Of a stretch of 64,000 nucleotides of DNA, positions 29,310 to 39,455 are shown one piece after another. Location of the stretch: contig JBBSXC010000003.1 in the NCBI GenBank assembly GCA_038045945.1, positions 64,001 through 128,000 on the forward strand. Direction: 5' to 3'. This DNA comes from Nanobdellota archaeon (GTDB taxonomy: Archaea > Nanobdellota > Nanobdellia > Pacearchaeales > GW2011-AR1). The notes under the pieces were generated by a model, which worked only from the letters and a program-made list of their open reading frames with translations, searched no databases and was not told the origin of the DNA. The position numbers and the translations under genes are program-made. Positions within the stretch are counted from its first letter, which is position 1. Each line of letters begins with the position of its first letter.

Positions 29310-30062
29310 TTAAGCTTTTATTTTCTCAAAAAGTTTTGTTCCAATAAACATTGAAAGAACAACTAGGTCTAAAACAATTATTAAGTCAAGCCAAATACTG
29401 AAGTGAGAAACACCACCAAGAGCAGCCCTAAGGCCATCAATACAATAAGTTAAAGGATTAAGATAAGCAACAACTTTTAGAGCAGTAGGAGCAGAATCAA
29501 TAGGAAAGAGAGCGCCGGACAAGAAAAATAGTGGCATAATCAAAAAATTAATTATTAGAGGAAAAGCTTGCATGTCCTCTAAACGAGTTGCAATAGCAGT
29601 ACCAATAGCAGTGAATAATAACCCCATCATAACCATAAACAATATAGCAACAGGCAAAAGAGACCAATTAGTAACTTTAAAACCAACAAGTAAAGAAATA
29701 GCTAATATGAACACACCTTGAAATATTGAAACTGTCGCACCACCAATTGTTCTACCAAACATAATCTTCCACCTAGGAACAGGAGCAACTAGTGTTTCTT
29801 TAAGAAAACCAAACTGCCTATCCCAAATAATTTCAATACCATTAAACATAGCAGTAAACAAAATAGTCATAGCAATAATACCTGGAGCTAAAAACTGAAT
29901 GTAACTACCACCAACAGCTTTTTGAAAAATAGAGCCCATACCAAAACCCAAAGCTAACAAAAAAAGTAAAGGCTGACCTAAAGAACCAATCATTCGAGGC
30001 TTAGAACGCCAATACTTCTTAAGTTGACGAAGCCACATAGCATAAATGGGAGAAGTACTCAT
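29310..30062 (-). CDS. ABC-2 type transporter permease
   Basis: YIQFLAPGII, WDRQFGFLKETLVAPV, FLSGALFP, NPLTYCIDGLR. Confidence 0.93.
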   Translation of the reverse strand: MSTSPIYAMWLRQLKKYWRSKPRMIGSLGQPLLFLLALGFGMGSIFQKAVGGSYIQFLAPGIIAMTILFTAMFNGIEIIWDRQFGFLKETLVAPVPRWKIMFGRTIGGATVSIFQGVFILAISLLVGFKVTNWSLLPVAILFMVMMGLLFTAIGTAIATRLEDMQAFPLIINFLIMPLFFLSGALFPIDSAPTALKVVAYLNPLTYCIDGLRAALGGVSHFSIWLDLIIVLDLVVLSMFIGTKLFEKIKA

Positions 30063-30868
30063 CTTTTTCCCCTCCACATCTTAGCACCCTGACGTAAAAC
30101 ATCAATACTATTAGCTTCCTCTTCCCTAATAGAATGACCAGTAAGTTTAAGGAAAGCCTCTTCTAAAGTTTGAGAATTCGTTTCTTTCTTCAAAGACTTT
30201 GACGAACCACTAGCAACAATTTTTCCATGATCAATAATAGCAATTTTGTCAGCAATCTTATCAGCCTCTTCCATATAATGAGTAGTTAAAAAAACAGTCA
30301 TTTCTTCATCATTCATCAATTCCCTAATGTACTTCCATAAATGATTTCTAGTTTGAGGGTCAAGACCGAGAGTAGGCTCATCCAAAAAAAGAATTTTAGG
30401 GTGATGAATAAGACCACGAGCAATTTCAAGCCTCCTCTTCATCCCGCCAGAGAAGGTTTTAACAACCAAATTCTTCTTATCCCATAAACCAACAAATTTT
30501 AGTAATTGCTCAATCCTCTTCTTTCTTAAACTTCTAGGAACATTATAAAGAATAGCATGAAAATCCATGTTTTCAATAGCAGTCAAATCATCATCAAGAC
30601 TAGAATCCTGAAAAACAATACCAATAGAAGAACGAACCTCATCCTTACCGCTCTTAGGATTATGACCATTAATAAGAACCTCACCATGAACGTAATCAAG
30701 AATAGTAGTAAGCATCTTAATAGTAGTTGTTTTACCAGCACCATTAGGACCTAAAAAAGCAAAAACAGAACCCCTCTTAACACTAAATGAAACATTATCA
30801 ACAGCAGTAAAGTCACCAAACTTCTTAGTAAGACCCTTAACAGAGATAATATTATCAACCTTAACCAT
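30059..30868 (-). CDS. ABC transporter ATP-binding protein (DrrA-like)
   Basis: GPNGAGKTT, FSGGMKRR, LFLDEPT, TTHYMEEA. Confidence 0.95.
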   Translation of the reverse strand: MVKVDNIISVKGLTKKFGDFTAVDNVSFSVKRGSVFAFLGPNGAGKTTTIKMLTTILDYVHGEVLINGHNPKSGKDEVRSSIGIVFQDSSLDDDLTAIENMDFHAILYNVPRSLRKKRIEQLLKFVGLWDKKNLVVKTFSGGMKRRLEIARGLIHHPKILFLDEPTLGLDPQTRNHLWKYIRELMNDEEMTVFLTTHYMEEADKIADKIAIIDHGKIVASGSSKSLKKETNSQTLEEAFLKLTGHSIREEEANSIDVLRQGAKMWRGKR

Positions 30869-31003
30869 GATAAAAACAAACAAATTAGCAGTTATTAAAG
30901 ATTATGAACATGAGGAGCATAACAAAGAATAATGAAATATTCATCATTAAGAAGTAGTTACTAAACGAAAGCCTTAAATAATGTTTAATGATCTAATAAA
31001 TTG

Positions 31004-32350
31004 ATGGTTATTAACAAGAAAGTATTGATACTAGCACTTTTAATGATTAGTTTCGTATTTTTAGCAAGCCAAGTAATGTCTGAATCATTCGTGACTTATT
31101 GCAACGTTCAGTACCCCTTACTAAACAACTTTTTATGGTATAGCAACGTTAGTGGAATTATTAATGTCTCATGGAATGCAACATCACAATGTGACCTATT
31201 TGAAATAAAACTTGCAGGACCATCATTTTTCAATAGTAATTTAACAAACATAGCAGGAAACGGGACAAGAACATATATGTGGGACACAAGAGACTTACAA
31301 AACGGTCAAGGGTACAGATTAGAAGTTTGGGGAAGAGACTCACCAAACCCAACAATTTGGTCAGTTGCAGGGGCAGGATCACTAAAAATCAACAACACGC
31401 TCCCAATAATAACAATAAAAAATAGTACTATAAGAACTAATAATATCTCAGGAATAAACCATTACTCATACTTAGAATCAATAAGTAACAAGAACCAATC
31501 ATTAGGAATTAATTGTAACACAGGATCAACACTGGGAATTGGCGAATCATCAATAACTTGTAACTCAACAGATCAAGCTAACAACACAGAAACAAAAAAT
31601 TTCACTATAACAGTAATATTTGCCATAGATTATAACAAAACAGAAGCACCGACAACCACTATAGAGTTCAATAACATACCAAACATAACAAATATTGACC
31701 TAAGAGCAATTGAATATAACGAAACAAACCTATCAACAAACGGATTCTTAACAACAGGTAAATATTATGATATAACATCAAACTTAACTAATGGAGAATT
31801 CAACGCAACAATAACATTCTCATACCTTGACTCTGATAATGACTCAATAATTGATAACACAACAATTAACGAAACAGAAATAAGCGTTTATTATTATAAC
31901 AATCAAACATCAAATTGGACAAGCATACCAATTATTAATAGAGACACAGAAAACAACACCGTAACAATAAAAGTTGACCACTTCACACAATTCTCAATGA
32001 TGAAAACTCCACCAATAAGCAGTAACCCCCCAGCGCCAAGCAGCAGCGGAGGAGGGGGCGGAGGCGGTGGAGGAGGCAGCGGAGGAGGAGGAAGTAGCTC
32101 AAGAAATAGGAGTGCTAACATCACAAGCAATAACTCAGTAATTAATAACTCAATAAGTAATAATCAGAATAGTTCACAAAATAACAACACAGAAAGCGAA
32201 GAAGCTAACAAAGCGCCCATAACTGGCGCAATTGTAGGAACAGGCACAAAAATAAAGAGAAATTTATGGTTAGGAACAATAATAATATCACTACTAGCAA
32301 TAGGAATACTCATAAAAAGTCATTCTAAAAGCATAAAAAAGAAGAAGTAG
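31004..32350 (+). CDS. secreted cell-surface glycoprotein with Gly/Ser linker and C-terminal anchor
   Basis: Signal peptide, many N-x-S/T sequons, 'VDHFTQF', poly-Gly linker, APITGAIVG then TM and Lys tail. Confidence 0.75.
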   Translation: MVINKKVLILALLMISFVFLASQVMSESFVTYCNVQYPLLNNFLWYSNVSGIINVSWNATSQCDLFEIKLAGPSFFNSNLTNIAGNGTRTYMWDTRDLQNGQGYRLEVWGRDSPNPTIWSVAGAGSLKINNTLPIITIKNSTIRTNNISGINHYSYLESISNKNQSLGINCNTGSTLGIGESSITCNSTDQANNTETKNFTITVIFAIDYNKTEAPTTTIEFNNIPNITNIDLRAIEYNETNLSTNGFLTTGKYYDITSNLTNGEFNATITFSYLDSDNDSIIDNTTINETEISVYYYNNQTSNWTSIPIINRDTENNTVTIKVDHFTQFSMMKTPPISSNPPAPSSSGGGGGGGGGGSGGGGSSSRNRSANITSNNSVINNSISNNQNSSQNNNTESEEANKAPITGAIVGTGTKIKRNLWLGTIIISLLAIGILIKSHSKSIKKKK

Positions 32351-32399
32351 TAGCGCTATTTTAAAAAGGTTTAAAAGGATAAAAGTCATTATTAATTTT

Positions 32400-33269
32400 A
32401 TGAAAAGAGCAGGAGCAATAATATTATTACTTGTTATAACAATATCACTATCATCAATGATTAGTGCTGTTTTTACAACACCAGTATGCGACTTAGACAT
32501 ATCACTAGTTAATCAAGACCCAGCAGTAGCAACTCCAGGTGACTACCTAAAACTAGTATTCAAAGTTGATGGAATAAGCCAAGTAGAATGCGGAGACGTA
32601 AAACTAAAACTAGCACCACAATTCCCAATAATACTTGAACAAGGAGACAGTGGAGAAAGATCATTAACGTCCGGCGGATTCGTAGCAAACTACGTTGATT
32701 ACGCACTAGTACCTTACAGAATAATAATAGATAAAGACACACCAGACGGAGATAACGAAATACGGTTATCATACACGCAAGCAGGAGTAAGCGGAGAAAT
32801 AAAAAAATTCTTCAACATAAGCGTAAAAAACCAAGTAGCAGACTTCGAAGTAACAGTTAAAGATTACGACTTAACAACTAACATAATAACTTTCGAAATA
32901 CTTAACGTGGGAAAAAGCGACGCTGAAGCATTAACAGTTGATATAGAAAAACAAGAATCATTAGAACTTAAAGGAAACTCAAGAAACATTGTGGGAAGCT
33001 TAGACAAAAACGATGACACAACATTCACTTTCGAAGGAACACCACACAACGGACTTATAATGATGAACATTAAGTACAACGACGAAAACGGCTTTAGAAG
33101 AAACCTAGACGTTAAAGCAAAATATGATGAAAGCTTATACACTGGAAGAAAAAGAGATGAAAAAAAATCACCAATAGGAACAATAGTTGTAATAATACTA
33201 ATATTAGCTTTAGGATCATTCTTCATAATTAGAAGAGTAAGAAAGAAAAAACAAAAGAAAGCATTCTAA
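32400..33269 (+). CDS. COG1361-like S-layer domain protein
   Basis: 'LVNQDP..A.PGDY', 'EILNVGKSDA', 'IVGSLDKNDDT', C-terminal TM and Lys tail. Confidence 0.8.
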   Translation: MKRAGAIILLLVITISLSSMISAVFTTPVCDLDISLVNQDPAVATPGDYLKLVFKVDGISQVECGDVKLKLAPQFPIILEQGDSGERSLTSGGFVANYVDYALVPYRIIIDKDTPDGDNEIRLSYTQAGVSGEIKKFFNISVKNQVADFEVTVKDYDLTTNIITFEILNVGKSDAEALTVDIEKQESLELKGNSRNIVGSLDKNDDTTFTFEGTPHNGLIMMNIKYNDENGFRRNLDVKAKYDESLYTGRKRDEKKSPIGTIVVIILILALGSFFIIRRVRKKKQKKAF

Positions 33270-33360
33270 AAAAACAACAAGTTTTATTAATCTAAGATAT
33301 CAACATTAACTATCTGAGGTGTTAGCATTTCAGAGGCTTATTCTGAAAAGGAAAAAATTA

Positions 33361-33960
33361 ATGAAACCAACACTACACATAGTACACCCATACACTTACA
33401 AAGTTAAAGGAGACACTTTACTAGGAGGACCATTCCCAGAATTTAGAGAAAGAGACGAAAAAATATCACTATTAGTAAGAAGAGCAATAAAAAATGGTAC
33501 AGTAATGAGGCATTACAGTAACCCTATGGTTTCAGGGGAAGGATTTTCAGAATTAGGATGCTTACTATTTGACCCATTATTCAAGTGGAGCGTGAATAAA
33601 AAAATAATTGATTTGACAACAAGCTCAGGAGTACCAATTTCTGATGTCAGACCTGAAAAAATAAGTCCAGAAGACTGGGAAATATGTAAAAGACATTGGA
33701 CTACAAAAAAAGAACTTGCGAGGATAGTTAGTGATTCATCACCAAACGTTTTTATTGGAGGATACTTAGAAAACTGCGTTACTAACGCAGTAGGATACCA
33801 CCAAAAAACTTTTAGGAAAAAAGGAGAAGTAGCTTATTATGTTCCAGAATTATGTGCAAGAAGCCCAGATAGTTCGTGGGATGAAATAAAACCAAAACTA
33901 GAAGCTCTGGACGCTAAAGAAATAAGTTTTGAAAAAGCTTTAGGATTATTCGTACCTTAA
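33361..33960 (+). CDS. hypothetical protein, possibly cysteine-hydrolase (isochorismatase)-like fold
   Basis: 'NVFIGGYLENCVTNA' resembles the G-x4-CV motif. Confidence 0.5.
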   Translation: MKPTLHIVHPYTYKVKGDTLLGGPFPEFRERDEKISLLVRRAIKNGTVMRHYSNPMVSGEGFSELGCLLFDPLFKWSVNKKIIDLTTSSGVPISDVRPEKISPEDWEICKRHWTTKKELARIVSDSSPNVFIGGYLENCVTNAVGYHQKTFRKKGEVAYYVPELCARSPDSSWDEIKPKLEALDAKEISFEKALGLFVP

Positions 33961-35160
33961 AGCCTTAACAGTTACAATCTTAGCCGCTCTCATAGCAGGG
34001 AAGGCTCCGCTTATTGCGCCTATTAAGAATGAGAATAATAAGCAAGAGACTATAAGCCACCAAGGAATAGCAGCAGCGAGCAGGTTAGTGCCTAAAAAGT
34101 TCACAGCAATAAATTCTAAAGATTTAGCTAAAAATATTCCTAAGACTACACCTATTGCTCCACCAACTAGGCCGATCATACCAGCCTCAATAATAAAGAT
34201 AGTAAGAATAGAAGAGTTTCTAGCACCTATTGCTTTCATAACACCAATCTCTCTAGTTCTTTCAACAACAGAAGTATACATGGTGTTAGCAATACCTACA
34301 GCACCAACAACTAAAGAAATACCAGCAATACCCAAAAGGAAACCAGTAACAATAGACAAAATACTACCAAAACTCTTAAGTATTTCTTCAGGAGTCATAA
34401 TATTAAAATCCTGATTTTTTTCAGTAACACCCCTATACTGCCTAAGCCTCTTCTCAACCTTCAAAGCAACATCTTTAACATCAGCACCAGGACTAACCTG
34501 AACAGTTACGTAATCAACACGATCATCACTAATATTAAACAAATCCCTAGCAACACTGTCAGGCATGTAAATGTTTTTGTCATCCGCCGGATTACCAATT
34601 CTAGCCATTATCCCACGAACCTTAAACCTTTTATCATTAATCTTAATTGAATCACCAACTTTTACAGGAACAGTGAAAGCTTTACTATAAGAATAATCAT
34701 AACCCAGACCAACATCTGCCTCATCACCAACCATTAAAGCCCTACCATCTTTAACCTTAAACCCGCCAGACTCAAAATAAAGATCAGCTGTTTCCAAATC
34801 AATACCAATAACTATGTTAAACCTTACTTCATTATTAAACTCTAATTTTGCGTTACCAACAACCATGTAAGTAACCTTCTTCACTCCAGGAACCTTACCT
34901 ATTTGCTCGACATCATCAAGAGTGAAGTGAGCACCAGTATCAGTCCCAGGAGGGCCATTATTACCACCAGCACTAACAAAAAACTTGTCAGTGCCCAATT
35001 GACGGAACTGTTCCGTAACAGCATTCTGCAAACCTAAAGACAAACTAATAAGAATAAAAATTGTTGCAATAGAAATAAAAATACCAATCATAGTAAGCCA
35101 TGAACGAACCTTCCTACGCTTAAGATTATTAGTAGCTAAAAAAAAGTAGTCTTCAATCAT
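33946..35160 (-). CDS. ABC transporter permease (MacB/FtsX family)
   Basis: RSWLTMIGIFI, GIANTMYTSVVERTREIGVMKAIGA, ALRYE. Confidence 0.92.
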   Translation of the reverse strand: MIEDYFFLATNNLKRRKVRSWLTMIGIFISIATIFILISLSLGLQNAVTEQFRQLGTDKFFVSAGGNNGPPGTDTGAHFTLDDVEQIGKVPGVKKVTYMVVGNAKLEFNNEVRFNIVIGIDLETADLYFESGGFKVKDGRALMVGDEADVGLGYDYSYSKAFTVPVKVGDSIKINDKRFKVRGIMARIGNPADDKNIYMPDSVARDLFNISDDRVDYVTVQVSPGADVKDVALKVEKRLRQYRGVTEKNQDFNIMTPEEILKSFGSILSIVTGFLLGIAGISLVVGAVGIANTMYTSVVERTREIGVMKAIGARNSSILTIFIIEAGMIGLVGGAIGVVLGIFLAKSLEFIAVNFLGTNLLAAAIPWWLIVSCLLFSFLIGAISGAFPAMRAAKIVTVKALRYE

Positions 35161-36374
35161 GATCTTAAAGCCTCCACAGGACTCATCCTAGAAGCCTGTA
35201 TTGATGGAACTATACCAGCAAGTATACCAATAACAAAGGCGAAAAGAGCAGAAAAAATAAGCAAAGGAAAGGATATTTTAACACCAAGATTAAGTCCTGG
35301 CAAAAGAGCCCTAACAGCAGCTGAAGCAGTAATAGCGATTAATAAACCAACAATAGCACCGACAACACCTCCAACAAAACCCATAAGTCCTGATTCAATA
35401 ACAAAAATCTTTATTATATCAGAATTCTTAGCACCAATAGCTTTCATAACACCAATCTCCCGCTTACGCTCAAGAACAGAAGTATATAAAGTGTTAGAAA
35501 TACCAATACCACCAATAAGCAAAGAAATAGTAGCAATACCAACAATAACCAAGTTGATCATGTTAAGAATAGTATTAATAGAACTTAGTGCTTGTTCAGG
35601 AGTCTGAACAGAAAAATCTTCCTTACCCTCTTCCAGCCCCCTATCATCTCTCATAGCATTCCTAATATTATCAGAAACAACTTTGGTCTTATCTTTATCA
35701 CTAACCTGAACAGCAATCAAGTCATGCTCATCACCAAGACTTAATAGTTCCCTCATATCGCTCTCACTCATAAGAACAACAGAATTAACAGTAAAAGTAC
35801 TAGCTCTCTTTAATACACCAACAACATCAAACATTTTACCAGAAATATTAACAGATTTACCAACACTTATCTTTTTATCAAACTTATCATAAGCAATAAA
35901 GTCATTACCCAAAACCACTTTACCACGATCATTACCAGATATTAGCCTACCCTGCTCAACAATAATAGTAAAACTATCATAAATAAAATCTTCACCGCGC
36001 TTATCCTTAGGAATAGAAGCAAGATAAGAAAAAGTCCCAATCTCATTATACTCAAACTTTACAGTCCTAATAACCCTAGGAACAACCAAAGAAACATCAG
36101 AAACACTCCTAATAACCTGCACATCATGATCATTAAGCTTCTTAATAACAGTAGAACCCGGAGGACCAAAACCAGTCTCAGCATTCTGAACAACAAGCCT
36201 ATCAGGAGCAAGATCAGAAAACTGACCAGTAACAGCTAGTCGTAAACCATCACCTAAAGAAATAAGAGAAACAACAGCAGCAATACCAATCATAACACCA
36301 AGTATAGTAAGCCAAGAACGAAGACCCCTATGCTTAACAGACTTAAAAGCAAGAATAAAATAATCACCAATCAT
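35157..36374 (-). CDS. ABC transporter permease (MacB/FtsX family)
   Basis: RSWLTILGVMIG, GISNTLYTSVLERKREIGVMKAIGA, PVEALR. Confidence 0.92.
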   Translation of the reverse strand: MIGDYFILAFKSVKHRGLRSWLTILGVMIGIAAVVSLISLGDGLRLAVTGQFSDLAPDRLVVQNAETGFGPPGSTVIKKLNDHDVQVIRSVSDVSLVVPRVIRTVKFEYNEIGTFSYLASIPKDKRGEDFIYDSFTIIVEQGRLISGNDRGKVVLGNDFIAYDKFDKKISVGKSVNISGKMFDVVGVLKRASTFTVNSVVLMSESDMRELLSLGDEHDLIAVQVSDKDKTKVVSDNIRNAMRDDRGLEEGKEDFSVQTPEQALSSINTILNMINLVIVGIATISLLIGGIGISNTLYTSVLERKREIGVMKAIGAKNSDIIKIFVIESGLMGFVGGVVGAIVGLLIAITASAAVRALLPGLNLGVKISFPLLIFSALFAFVIGILAGIVPSIQASRMSPVEALRS

Positions 36375-36428
36375 AAAAAAGGATAATCATCAAGCCTTAA
36401 AAATCTAATCAAAAAAGAAAATAAAGCC

Positions 36429-36722
36429 TTATTCAGACTTACTAGAATCATAACGATAACCCATGTTCTTCAAATCAGACTTATAAAGTTCAGAAACACG
36501 CCTAAGATCATGACTTATAGAACCAGAATTAGCAACACTCCCATCAGGACTAACAAAAAACTTATCAACATCAGCCTTATCATGAACAATCTTTTCTAAA
36601 CCACTAAAAAGAAAAATAATAGAACCAACACCAAAAGCTAAAAGAACAGATTTAGCAATAGAAGAGATAGCAAGATCATAAACCTCACTAAAACCATAAG
36701 AGTCGCCACACTTATTTACCAT
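36429..36722 (-). CDS. hypothetical single-TM protein
   Basis: 97-aa ORF with upstream TATA-like element. Confidence 0.55.
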   Translation of the reverse strand: MVNKCGDSYGFSEVYDLAISSIAKSVLLAFGVGSIIFLFSGLEKIVHDKADVDKFFVSPDGSVANSGSISHDLRRVSELYKSDLKNMGYRYDSSKSE

Positions 36723-36796
36723 AAAACAAAAGCTATTTCAAAGTATTTAAAACTTACTACTTGTAACTACTAAAGAATAACACATATTAATTGATT

Positions 36797-37375
36797 TTAC
36801 ATTCCTTTCTTCTTTTTTAACAAATCAATAATTTTTGGTGAAACAGAGGGCTTTCCATCAATAAGAGGATAACGATAAGGGAGAATTATTGATTCTACAT
36901 CATTAATCCTAACTTCCAACCTATCGCGAAATTTTAGTTCACCAAAAACTTTTTTGTTATTAACAATTTTGTTAACAACCCACACCGCATTATCGGTTGA
37001 TAATTGTTTATCACCAATATTACGAATATCAGCATCTGGCAAAAACTGCGTTAGTTCCTTATTAGTACGCTTCTTAGGAGGATAATCACCTAAGATGCCG
37101 CCAAAAACAAAAAATTTGAATTTTGCGGAATCATCAGGACTCAAGAGTTGATCAGCTTGAGGATCAAGAACACAAGAATAATTAAGACTCATCTTACTAA
37201 CAGAATCCTTAAACACTTTACCAAACTTAGAAATTTTAGACCTATCAGTTTTTGACTTAACATTTGTTAACCACAAATTATCCTTTCCAACAATTGAAGA
37301 AATTCTCTCATACTCAATAAGAACCCACTTAGAAACTCGCGGTTCCAAATGCTCAATAACAAATACGGCACTCAT
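36797..37375 (-). CDS. SPOUT methyltransferase, Sfm1/DUF431 family
   Basis: VIEHLE, W..IEY, VLDP, FGGILGDYPP..RT, RNIGDKQLSTDNAV. Confidence 0.88.
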   Translation of the reverse strand: MSAVFVIEHLEPRVSKWVLIEYERISSIVGKDNLWLTNVKSKTDRSKISKFGKVFKDSVSKMSLNYSCVLDPQADQLLSPDDSAKFKFFVFGGILGDYPPKKRTNKELTQFLPDADIRNIGDKQLSTDNAVWVVNKIVNNKKVFGELKFRDRLEVRINDVESIILPYRYPLIDGKPSVSPKIIDLLKKKKGM

Positions 37376-37623
37376 CTTTTAGCCCTTATACTAGCTAAGT
37401 AATCACTCTTACTAACACCATTCTTAGGAACAACGTAAACTTTTGAACCTATCTGCAATCTATCACCAGGCATAACAAAACTCCTTATCTCTCCATCAGG
37501 ACCACCAATGATTAATCCACCACTATGAGAAGAATAATTTAGTCCGCCAGCAATCTCACCATTAAGAGTCGTAACCAGGCCTATCTTACCTTCAAGATCA
37601 TTAACAGTCAATACTGAAACCAT
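37372..37623 (-). CDS. hypothetical protein
   Basis: 83-aa ORF whose stop overlaps the SPOUT gene start (ATGA). Confidence 0.55.
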   Translation of the reverse strand: MVSVLTVNDLEGKIGLVTTLNGEIAGGLNYSSHSGGLIIGGPDGEIRSFVMPGDRLQIGSKVYVVPKNGVSKSDYLASIRAKR

Positions 37624-37669
37624 AAAAATAACAACAAAAACACTATTTTTATACTTTATTAATAATAAG

Positions 37670-37819
37670 TTACTTTCTTTTCTTCTTAGAACCAGACTTC
37701 TTCCTTAAAGACTTAATAACTTTTTTAACAGTTTTCTTTTTACCTTTAAACAATTTCATAAACTTCTTAATTTTAGAATGCCTAGTCTTTTTCTTATTAC
37801 GCTTAACTCTTTTTGCCAT
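37670..37819 (-). CDS. small ultra-basic protein (49 aa)
   Basis: MAKRVKRNKKKTRHSKIKKFMKLFKGKKKTVKKVIKSLRKKSGSKKKRK. Confidence 0.6.
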   Translation of the reverse strand: MAKRVKRNKKKTRHSKIKKFMKLFKGKKKTVKKVIKSLRKKSGSKKKRK

Positions 37820-37839
37820 TGTTCTTTTTTTGATTTTAA

Positions 37840-38070
37840 AGAGCTGACGATCTGGACTCAGTGAGGAGTGCCTCAACCGGTTCGGATTAATGTGCTTAAC
37901 CTCTCCGCCAGTTATTAAAGGTTATCTCCGTCGTGCTTGTGATGTGCTTAATGAGTACAGGTTTCATAAAGCGAGTTATAGTCCAGTCGCTAAATTAATT
38001 GTTAGCACCCAACATAGGCTTATACAAGTACATCCTTTCCAGGACAACTGATTTATCCCCAGTCAGCTCT
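37840..38070 (-). ncRNA. putative structured non-coding RNA of unknown family
   Basis: 9-bp terminal stem AGAGCTGAC/GTCAGCTCT; several internal hairpins whose G-U pairs favour the - strand; TATAAATA box at 38100-38093; more GC-balanced than flanks. Confidence 0.65.
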
Positions 38071-38177
38071 AAAATAATTCAAGACTAAGAAGTATTTATA
38101 GTTGACTTACCACTAAAGAATTACTAGAAAAAGGGCTTTTTGACAAAACTTAAAAACCTGCGATTAGTAAATAATTC

Positions 38178-39404
38178 ATGAGAAGACACCTAACACCAGT
38201 AGGAACAGGAGTTAGCCTAGGATCAATGATCGTACCTAACGAATTCTTAGCAGGACTAGAAGTAGTTGACTTCAAAAAAGGAGCACTAAACCCCGGTGAA
38301 ATAAGCACTCTAACAGTTGAAATAATGCAAAAAGCAAGCGGGGGCGACATGAGCAAAGACGGAAAAGGAGAACTAAAGGGAGATGGAATAGGAATAAAAT
38401 CAAGAAGATGGCTAAGACCCGTAGGAAAAAAAGAAGAACTAAAAGATTTAGCAATTAAAGCAGCAATTAAAGCAGTAGAAAGCACAGGAATGGACCCTAA
38501 AGAATACTTATCAGAATTAAAAGTAATAATGTCAGCCCACGAAAGCAGGATACCAAAATACCCAACACTAGCACAAAGAGTACAAGAAGGACTAACAGAA
38601 CATTATGGAATAAAACTAAACATTGATTACGCACAAAACACATCTTTTGCTTGTGCAGGATTCCCAATAACACTACTAACAGCAAACGCATTAGTAAGAG
38701 CAGGAGAAGTAAACGGTAACGTATTAGTAGTTGGAGCAGAAGACGTTAAAGGCCTGGTAAGAAAAACAAAGGAAGGAAGATACGACGTGAGCATTTACTT
38801 ATTCGGAGTTGGAGCAGCAGCGATGGCATCAAAAACAACAACAGAAGAACACGGAGCACAAACACCAGGATACGTCAAAAGCATGCCCTACATGTCAGAA
38901 GTAGAAAGAAAGGCAAGAATGAGCAATAGTGCAGCATTATATGACGATGTTGACACACACATAACAATGGCTGATGGAGCATTAGTAAAATCAGGAGCAA
39001 TAGACTACATGAGAAGATCAATTATTGATCAAATAAAGAAACACAACCCTAAAGGAGAGAGAAGAGTAGTTGTTTGCCCACACCAAGCTAACGGAAGAAT
39101 CAACGGACCACTAGAAAGAGATTTAAGAAGAGAAGGAATACTAAGAATTACAGACTTATACTACGCTTCCGGACTAGAAGATAATGGGAACATATCAGTA
39201 CCAGCATGCCTAACAGGATTTGACTCTATGGTAAGAGGACAAGACTACCAAAGAAGAGCAGTTAGAGAAGGACAAATACTGCCTAACGACCTAGTAATAA
39301 TAACAGCAGTAGGAGCAGGGATGAGCGGATCAGCAGCATCAATAATAATGCCGCCAAAAGCATTAGCTTACATGCCAGAAATGGTAAGAAGACAATACTC
39401 ATAA
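38178..39404 (+). CDS. fabH: beta-ketoacyl-ACP synthase III (FabH)-like protein
   Basis: GIKSRR, catalytic Cys in FACAGF, VLVVGAE, LFGVGAAA, PHQANGRI (His), GNIS (Asn), AVGAGMS. Confidence 0.85.
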   Translation: MRRHLTPVGTGVSLGSMIVPNEFLAGLEVVDFKKGALNPGEISTLTVEIMQKASGGDMSKDGKGELKGDGIGIKSRRWLRPVGKKEELKDLAIKAAIKAVESTGMDPKEYLSELKVIMSAHESRIPKYPTLAQRVQEGLTEHYGIKLNIDYAQNTSFACAGFPITLLTANALVRAGEVNGNVLVVGAEDVKGLVRKTKEGRYDVSIYLFGVGAAAMASKTTTEEHGAQTPGYVKSMPYMSEVERKARMSNSAALYDDVDTHITMADGALVKSGAIDYMRRSIIDQIKKHNPKGERRVVVCPHQANGRINGPLERDLRREGILRITDLYYASGLEDNGNISVPACLTGFDSMVRGQDYQRRAVREGQILPNDLVIITAVGAGMSGSAASIIMPPKALAYMPEMVRRQYS

Positions 39405-39455
39405 AAAAACATTTTTGAGTAAGTTTATTAAGTAAATCTAAGTTTTAAAATAATT

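Noticed and set aside
32020-32105. GC-rich patch suggesting an RNA gene or repeat element
   Set aside because: Encodes the Pro/Ser/poly-Gly linker of the surface glycoprotein.
37841-38070. tmRNA, RNase P RNA or SRP RNA identity for the structured RNA
   Set aside because: The + strand start GAGCTGACGATCTGGACTC resembles a tmRNA 5' end, but there is no T-arm or CCA. RNase P CR-I/CR-V and SRP helix-8 consensus were not found. G-U pairs and the TATA box favour the - strand. Left unassigned.
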